From Macrostomum lignano (Eukaryota): DNA of 57,377 nt. Positions 36,301 through 45,300 of the stretch are shown here, piece after piece. Below the pieces are notes generated by a model that saw only the letters and a program-made list of their open reading frames with translations, had not been told where the DNA came from and did not search any database. A program made the position numbers and the translations under genes. Every line of letters begins with the position of its first letter. Position 1 is the first letter of the stretch. The stretch spans positions 1-57,377 of the forward strand of contig NIVC01004160.1 in the NCBI GenBank assembly GCA_002269645.1. The letters run 5' to 3'.

Positions 36301-39300
36301 AAAGTGCTGTATCGGCGTGCACTTGTATATTAACAGATGCTCGTATATTGGAACTGCCAAAACGTTCGTCATTCCGGTGATTTTACGAAAAGTCATCGTA
36401 GGGTTGACATAGTAGTTTTGTCTGGCATAATTTAAGTTGATTGCGTGCATTTTGCAAGTTAGCTGGACCAGTGTTCGATGCAAGTGGTTTAACTGGTTGT
36501 GTAGATTGTGATCCAAAGCCGTTATCTTTGCTGACAGTAGTCGGTTTGACACCAGTTTGGGACGTTCGATGTCACGTCGTCGTCTGTTCTGTTGTTCCTG
36601 CTGTTGATACGTTCCGTTGATGATCGCCAGAAAGGTTTGTTTGTCGTCATCTTTTACGTAGACTGGTATCTCTTGTTCCGAGATGAATAGTGTCTTGTCT
36701 GTATCCTTGCATTTCAGTTTTTGCTCGACTGGTTTCTTTTGAAACGTCAGTGCCAAGTCTCCTGACTTTGCCAAAAACGTATTTGACAGTAGTCCTCCTT
36801 CAACTGTGTGATACTTTTGAAGCTTGCAGTCAATTTCCGGCTCAACTTCCCACGCGAAGAAGTATTGTCGTGACTTAGATGGTTCTTCATATCGTGAGTC
36901 GCCTCTGCGTATAATTTGCCATCGATAGTCTTGATGATATGTTGGACTCAACGGTAAGCTGTATAGTTCCTCATTCCGCAGTATCGGCGTTGGACACCAT
37001 CCTTTGCTGTATCGGCAGTCGCTTAATTGCAGTTGTAGCGACTCCATTTTTTCAAAAGGATTGTGATAGAATGGAATATTCCTGATTAGGTAACTGTTTC
37101 GTGTCATGTAGTTAGTCCATGCTTCCGAAAAGTGTACATATCGTCCGTTTGCTGAGTTCTTCGTTCGGTAAAGTTGTGCCTCCCCACTTTCTCATCCGGT
37201 TCTAGCTGACCATCCTTTGAGAACAGTGTTTGGTTCCATTGTAGACATTCAGCGTGCGACACATGTAGTTCGTGTTGCCAAAATCGAATTCTGTTCCACT
37301 GTCCTCGCCAAACTTTTTCCACTAGGTGCTTGTCTCTAAAGCACACTATTCCGAGTTGTCGATGCTTCTTGATGTTAGCTTTGTAGAGATCAATTGTGAT
37401 CTTCTTTGGCTTCGTCTGGTTTGTCTTGAAGTAGCTGCATTTGATGTCGGTTGGTATCTTGTAGATCATTGGTTGGATATGCGCATCCGTTGGACATATC
37501 ATTGGTTTCTCCATTGCCGTTGCTTTGGCGACTACTGCTATCAGTAGTATCACGATGATCCAGAGCAGCCAGTTTTTCCACTTCTTGGACCTTGCCGTTG
37601 TCTTTGCTGGCATTGGCTGCGATTGCCATTCGTTATCCTCCATGTCCGCATCGTATTCTTTCGGTTGTTCCATTGGCTGATTCAGGCGGAAGGCTTCTGA
37701 TTTGCTTTGCTCTTTGGTTATTTCAGTATCTTCGTCTGTAGCTTCTTCCGATGTTTCCGTTGTTTCACTCCATTGCGTTTGGTATCTTTTCTCTGCCTTG
37801 TAGTCGACCGTTTGAATATAGGCTTCACCATTTCGTTTGTATCGGATCTCGTAGCATTCGTCGCTGTCGGAACTCGGCTTTTCTTTCATTTGTTCTTTTT
37901 CCATTTCTTCATCTTTCCATTGTATTTCGTAGCCTTGATCGCTGTCGGAACTTAGATTTTCCGCTCTCAGTTCTTCCTGCATTCCTTCTTCGGCTCGGTA
38001 TCCATTCGTATCATCATGCACTTCGCAGTCGTGATCGTTGCCGTAACTTATACATTCTTCTTCTTCCTTCATTTCTTTGTCTTTCGTGCTTGTTTTTTCG
38101 TCATCCACTGTTGTCGATTCATAGTTGTTTTCTCTGCCAGTCTTCATCTTTTCTTCGTTGCCGGTGTCGCTCTCCGTCTCCTCCCTTTTTTTGTGATTTA
38201 CTTTCTTCCTGTTTTCTCTGCTGTCTCCGGTGGTCTCTTTTAATTTGATCATTTCGGTTTCATTCGCCTCTTCTGTGTTGTCAGTGTTGTCCTCGTGCGT
38301 CGTCTTCTTTTCGATCAAGCTGATGTCAAGTTCCGGGACTGTGAAGTCCATTTCCAAGTCGTCAATTGTGAACACTTGCTGTTCCTGCTGCTCATTTTCC
38401 GGTGTGTACGTGATGGCATTCGCGTATCGTGGCATTGCTTGCGTTGGCTGTCTTTGTGCGTACCTGGCATTGCGTGGCCTGTAGCCATTATTTCTGAAGC
38501 GGCCTTCGTTTCCGAAGCGGCCATCATTTCCGGAGCGGTCATTATTTCCGAAGCGTCTATCATTTCCGACGCGTCTTATGCTTTGTTGTTGGCGATTTTG
38601 ATATTGCTGCCATGGTTTCTGCGGCTTCTGATTGTTGAATATCTGTCGCGGCTTGTCGTATCTTGTTGACCAATGAGGACAATTAATCTGATAATGTCCT
38701 TCTTGTCCGCAGTAGTAACATCTGGCTGAGGCTTGTTCATTTCGTCTTTTTTGTTCGGCGATAGCAGCTGTCTGGTGCTGCATTAACTTGTTTAGTTGCT
38801 GCGTCAGTTTCTGCACTTCATTGTTGCCTGTCGTCATTAATGGGGCACTGGCTTCCCACTGCATTCCGCACCGCAAAAGGTCTTCTTCGGTTTCGATATT
38901 TTCACGCAAAAGTCTATCCCGAAGTGACGGCTGTGCGTTGTTTATTACGTGCAGGATGAGGTTTTGTTCGCGATCCATCAATCGTTGTCTTTCTCTGGCG
39001 GCCAATTCTGCCGCTCCCAGTGGCGGTTGGTCCGCAGCTTGCAGCGGTGGCTGATGCAGTGCCTTAATTATCTGGCGGATATCGTCCACAAAGGCGAGGA
39101 AGGATTCTGTTGCTTGCATCCTTCTGTTATGCAACTTGTGCAGCAGCACTGATCTGTTTGTGCCGCAACGGTTGAAATGCGCGCGCAGTTGAATGATTAG
39201 TGCTGGATAATTTTGCTGTGTTGCTGCATCCAGCTTGCCGTAAATTTCTCGCGCAGTACCTTGGAGAAGAGGTGGCAGCAGCTGTGCCTTCTCTGGATTT

Positions 39301-42300
39301 TGTAGGTTGTATTCCCTACATACCAGGTCAAAGTGGTCGACAAATGTGTTAAAATCTTTCTCCATCGAGAAGGTACCGACCGTTTCTTTGATGTCTCTGT
39401 GTACCGTTGGATTGCGCCGCGCCATGTTGTTGATAGGATAGAACGGTAGTTCAAGATCTGGATCGATTTGTAACGGATCGTCCAGTGTGGTGTTTGCCTC
39501 GGAATAAACCTCGACTGTAACGAATTGTCTTGTGGTGTCGATTTGTTATTCGCTGGCCTCGGATGCGGTGTGGCTTGCTGCCACTGGTTGTCCTCAAATG
39601 AACTTGTTCTGTTCGCTTGCTGATTTCGCACTTATGCGGCGTCCCGCAAAGTGTATCTTCAAGTTGAAGTGGGCTTTGTCTTCTTGTTTTGCAAAGTCTT
39701 TTTCTCTTCTTTGACTCTCTCTCTTTTGTCAATTAACTCCGCTCTCCACGAAGTTTCAATTAATTTCGGTTTTGTTTTTGTGCCGGCAAAATGTTTCAGT
39801 TATTTTTTGTTTGTTTTGCGTCGACGATTCTTTTATTTTCGGTTTGTTTTCAGTGTACCGATGAATTTAATTTCGGTTTTATTTTAACTCACACTTGCTC
39901 GAGCTCGTTAAAACAAAATTTAACACGCGTGCTCAAACTGTACTCAAATTTGACAGGTGCTCAAACCTGTACACCAAAATTTACTCGAGTTTCAAAACGT
40001 AACGGACTTAAAAAGTGTTAACTCTAACACGTGCGCGCAAAATTAATGAAGTCGCTCTGTCGTCACTTTACAATAGCTTGATCAGGGCTATTGCTCAAAG
40101 TTTGAGTAGTGCCGAGAGGGCGAGATCACCAATTGATGTGTTCCTTATTACCCGACTTTCGATAATCAAGGAACAATCACTTCTAGCTCAGCAGCTAGGC
40201 AACCCAGTAAGTCAACAGAAGGTATTCAATTACCTTGAGTCCTTTGGAGATCTCTCGGAGTAGTTCTCGATTGTCTTCAGTTGCTCTCGTATAGTCACTT
40301 CTGACTTTCGTTTGTAGAGCGGGTCCGATTCTTCTTTCTTCTTCAAATAGTTCCGGCCGGATTCTGTCGCTCGGACCAATGGGAAGCTTCCGAATTAACA
40401 GTGGGATCCCTGCGCCAAACTGCGGTCTAAATTAAGCCTCCTTCTTCTAGCAGTGCCTCTATGCACTCTAGGTATAGCTCCGGAAACCACTGATAGTCCT
40501 CTAAGATCTATCAGGGGCAGTCCTTCTGTAGACTGCAACCAATGGAGTCTAAACAGACTCAAGAGTCTCAACAGACTCAAATAGACTCAAGTCTCAATAG
40601 ACTTGAGCGAGACGTCTCTAACACAACGGCGCAAATAAGGAAGGCTTACCGCAACAACTCGACCGAGTCTCGATTGACTTGGTATATCAGGAAGTCCTCC
40701 TAAGGCTTCCTCTTCGGAGCGCTCCTCTTCCGTGGGGAGAATGGCTCCGGTACCGCTTCAGATCGCTTGTATTTATAGACAAGTTTTTGATCCAAAATAG
40801 TATCATGACAATTCACGTGTTGCGCTAAAAGGGGAAAATGGCTCATGGCGTATTATTCTGGTAACATCTTTTTCTGGTAGCGTGATTCATTCAAAGCTTA
40901 GGCGCACATGCGTGTACTTACTTACTTATAGTAGTATTATACGATTATCTTCTTTTTTCCTTTTTTAACGGGAGGTAGAACACTCTACAAGGGGTAACAG
41001 AAGAAAATGGATTTACGAAAAAATTATTTTTACACTCTTAGGGGACTTTGATAAGGTCGACGGCAGCAAGATCTGGGACAATGCCGCTGAGATAGCGCTG
41101 AAGCGGTTGAACATCCCTCCAGGCGTGTTCAAACCTGAGAACTGCTCAATCGTCACTTCGGCCGCGGTGTCAAGAAAGAACTGTCCGCATTTCACTGTGC
41201 CTCCGCATCTTCCTGAGGGCGCCAAGTGCAGAATTAGCGACGACTGTCTGGAAATGGATTGCTGTGTCGACCTGCAGCTGCTATCGTTTAAAAAGCAATT
41301 CCACGTCTGGCTCGAGATCGACCCGTGCGGTCTGCGGTTCGAAACTGGCTTTGAAAACTGGAAGTTCAACATTAGTCTTCTTAATCATATCGGTGAGACT
41401 ATTCATATGACGATTTGCGACAGAACTGTGTGCTCAAAAAGGCTTAAACCAACTGTCTAAAAATTCATAGGTCGCAGCTACAAGGAGAAGATTGGCAACT
41501 CGCTGTCAGTCAATTTCGAATATGGCCGAGCATCCGACGGTCAGCTGTTGGCCACGCTGTCAGTAGAGTTTTGCTACGACTTCCAGTGTACATTCGACAT
41601 CAAGCTGCTTGATATGGCAGTGATACCCATTCCAGCCTGCGGAGCATCAGGACTCGTGTGGCCTGAATGTGAGCCGTATTGTAGTTCCTTTGTACTTTGA
41701 AGCTATTACTTATCAGGAATTTGATAATAACTGAATTTGTAATTTCAGTAAACGCGGCCGGTCATGCCAAATCTGTCGAAGAGGCCACAAGAGGTCTTAT
41801 CGCTAACCGGCTGAAGCTGTCCCCGAACTTCCTGGCGGATCGTCAATGCGTAGTGAACGAAATTTTGAGCAGAAATGTGACTTGCTCACACGCCAATGTG
41901 CCTGCCTTGCCAGAATTCACAACTTGTGGCCTGGCACCCGGCTGCCTAGGAGTTGAGTGCTGCCAGCTAGTGGACTACAAGCTGCTCAATAGGAGCTTCT
42001 CCACCTGGATTCAGTTCGATCCTTGTACCTACACGTATTCAGTTGGCTTTGAGCGCTGGTATCTGAATGGCACTCTCATGAATTTTACTGGATGGAATGA
42101 AGAGCAGCAGCAGAAGATCGGCGACCAGCTCACCCTGCGATTCAAGGTGGCAAAAGCGCAACAACTGCAAAGCTTCATAGTAGGCATGTCGCTTGAGTAC
42201 TGCGATGCCAACGATTGCAATCGAGTAGCGAATATTCTTCACGATCAGGAGTTCCCGGTTCCCGTCTGTTTGGACGGCTCCAGGCTTGAATGGTCGAATG

Positions 42301-45300
42301 TTGACCGCGGAGTCAGCGGCATCGTGGCGACTCAGCTCGGAATGGACATCGGCCTGCTTAGAGAGCGACAGTGCCAGAAGTCCGACCTTGGACAAGCCAG
42401 TGTCCAGTGCCCGCACGTGTCTGCGCCCGACTCGCGTGAGGTCAGCTGCTCTGCCATCGGCATTTGCACCGGCCTTGACTGCTGCTCACTGGTCAACTTG
42501 AAGGTCGCCGAAGTGGCATTTAAAACTTCTATCGATGTGAACCCGTGCACGTACGAACTGGCGCTTACGTTTGAGAAGTGGTCCTTCAATCGATCTTTGC
42601 TGGGATTCGAATGGGCCAGAAAGACAGAGCACTCCATCGGGGAGAATGTAAAACTGGTGTACACACTCGGCCTAGCCAATGAGATGAAGGACCTCATTTT
42701 TAATCTGGAGCTTTGGGTTTGCCCGCTCAAAACAGCTTGCTATAGTGTTCCAGTGTTGACAGACTTGCACCTGTCCATTACGGCCTGCATTAACGGAACG
42801 TTGATCTGGCCTGGAGGTAAAAAATTAATTAGAGTCTGACTGGTTTCTGGCTTCATGTAATAAAATTTTATGCATACTAATCTGAAATTTTAGTACCGTC
42901 GCCCAACCAAGTCGACACGGTGAGCGGTTTGATAGTAAACCGGCTGAAAATCGAACCGGCCACTCTCATGGACAGGCAGTGCTACAACTCCTCTCTCGTG
43001 ATTCCCGATAAGTCACAGTGCCCGTTTGGAGACAAAGTCAATGTTCAGGCTGCAGATCCCAGATCAATGTGCGTCCTGCAGTCAAGCTGTGTCGGAGCTG
43101 TGTGCTGCCAGAACATGGACCTCATGGTAGTGTCCCGATCGTTCCATATCAGCGTTTTTATCGACGTTTGCCAGTTTGAATTTACAATCACCTTTGAAAA
43201 GTGGCACGTCACCGCTTCGTTTCTAACTCTAGAGTTCGGTAAGGTTATCTTTGTTTGTGTCAAGTAACTGAATTGTGAATTATTTAAACAAAAAATACTT
43301 TGAATTATTACCAATGCAGACAAACCGCACGAAGTCGCCGTGTCTCCAACTTTGAAGCTGTACTACGAGGTAAACAGCCACTTCTCCGGCAGCGGCGCCC
43401 TGATATCTGCCGGCTACATTCTGTGTCTCGAAGAAGGCGAAGCTTGCCAAGCACCAATGCCAGTAATGCAGCCTACTTTCTTCTACCTACCGATCTGCGA
43501 CAGTGGCAAACTCATCTGGCCTCCTGTGGACAATCCGGACGACCTTAACAAGGTGCCGAGCACTCTGATCCTTAATAGACTGGGACTTCAGTTCGATGAC
43601 ATGTACACCAGCAGTGCGAGGTGGACTATCTGCAAAAATCTATTTGGGAATCTTGGTGTCGAGATCACGTCAGAAATGAGACGGACACCGCTGATCTGCG
43701 CTGCACACCAACCAAGTCTTGTACAGGCATGGAGTGCTGCTACACAATAGATCTTAAGATAACAAAGCATAGCTTCAAGCTTTGGATGTTCGTTGAGCCG
43801 TGTACTCTGCAACTGTCGCTGGGATTCGAGCGGTGGAGCATGAACAAGACGCTGTTGGGATACAATTTCGAGACTAAGCACACAGAACAAGTAGGCAGAG
43901 CAGTGCAGTTGGAGTATCAACTGCAGCTTGCCTCCGACTACAAAGAGTTTGTTATGTCCTTGGATTTGCTGATCGGTGTAGGAAGCGATACTATAAGGTA
44001 CAACATACTAGACACCTTCTGGATGAAGATACCACTGTGCACTCAAAGCAGTGACGTTGGCTTCATGTGGCCGGATGAAGAGATCTACGTTAATAACGGA
44101 ACATACTCCAGAGCGAACAGCCTGCTACTGAACCGCATGGGGCTGACAGAGGCTGACAATGCCACGGTGCTAACACTGCTGCACAGCTACCCGTGCAACT
44201 TTAATAGCATCCCACAGCACAGCTGCCCGCATCTCACAATGCCTCCAATGTCACCGGGTGTTCAGTGCCAGTTCACCGAAGGCTGCGTCGGGGTGAGCTG
44301 CTGCTTGCCTGTCAACTTGAGTGTCGGCAACTGGTCTTTCCGCTCGGAGCTGTACGTTGAACCCTGCTCGATGATCTTTAACTATCAATTTGAGCGGCAA
44401 ACAATTTCAAAGGAACTATTGGAAAGGGATCTGTGGTACGAGCATAGAACGTTCAGGTTTGGTCCGTGGATGTCTGCTTCATACAGAATGACTCGAACGC
44501 CCGACAACAAGCATGTGATCTTGAACCTGACGGCATCACTCTGCACAGATCATGCTGGTGTGCTAGGCAAATGTGAAATGGAAGCTGACATCCTGAACAA
44601 CATGAACTTTGAGTTCCCAGTGTGCTTGTCCAACGGAACTTACCTGTACCCGTCTCAGGCGGATGTTGAAAGCGGTTTGATTATCAACAGACTGAAAGTG
44701 TCCCCTGATCTGCTGAGGTCAAGCCAGTGCGCCATTGATGAATATCCGCTAAGGGAGTACGTTAACGAAACTGTCATAGTTGAAGTTGAAGTTCCATGCA
44801 ACGGCTCCATCGACAACTCATCGGTATCGACTCCCGCTCCACCCTATCCAAACGCTACATGCTACGAAAACCAAACGCAAATTGTTGAGCGCGAAATTTT
44901 GACGCCGGCGCCCTACTGCCCGCACTTCAACGACAGCGTTTTGTGGAGAAATCGAGACGCAAAGTGTTCCTTCAATCTCGACTGTCTTGGCATCAAATGC
45001 TGCATAGAAATCGACCTTGACGTAGCTAAACGAGATTTTTTCTTTACTTTTGACCTCGATCCATGCAACGATACACTGAAGGTTGGATTTGAGAATTTCG
45101 TCTTAAACTCTTCACTATCGGGCTTTCATTTCGGAAGAACTTTGAATATCCACATCACGGAGCGAATATCTGTGGATCTTTACATGAGCGCTGTGACCGC
45201 CACGTCACCCACCATTGTGCCTGGGCTGTGGGAGCCGATTCAAGGAGATGATATAGTTGCCTATCAGGTGGATCTGCACTTCTATTTTACTTTGCCTGAG

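Larger units (their letters stand above)
30419..40989 (-). mobile_element. Full-length env-carrying Ty3/Gypsy LTR retrotransposon (gag-env-pol order plus 3' RING ORF), antisense in an intron
   Basis: Two direct LTRs with TG...CA ends, a PBS and a PPT. Internal gag CCHC knuckle, glycoprotein, and PR-RT-RNaseH-IN in Ty3/Gypsy order with a GPY motif after the integrase core. Confidence 0.96.

Noticed and set aside
37104-37192. Programmed -1 frameshift or ATGA stop-start as the gag/pol expression switch
   Set aside because: The break lies inside the env ectodomain, no canonical slippery heptamer is visible, and an identical type of break occurs in RT and the host gene. A 1-nt deletion is simpler, but not proven.
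31813-39054. Numerous plus-strand ORFs antisense to the retroelement, and minus-strand ORFs antisense to host exons
   Set aside because: Shadow frames of genuine coding sequence, with no motifs of their own.
39451-39732. Upstream ORF in the retroelement leader as a gag N-terminal extension
   Set aside because: Different frame from gag; the gag frame has a stop ~45 codons upstream of the 39425 ATG; no recognisable motifs. An additional frameshift cannot be excluded.
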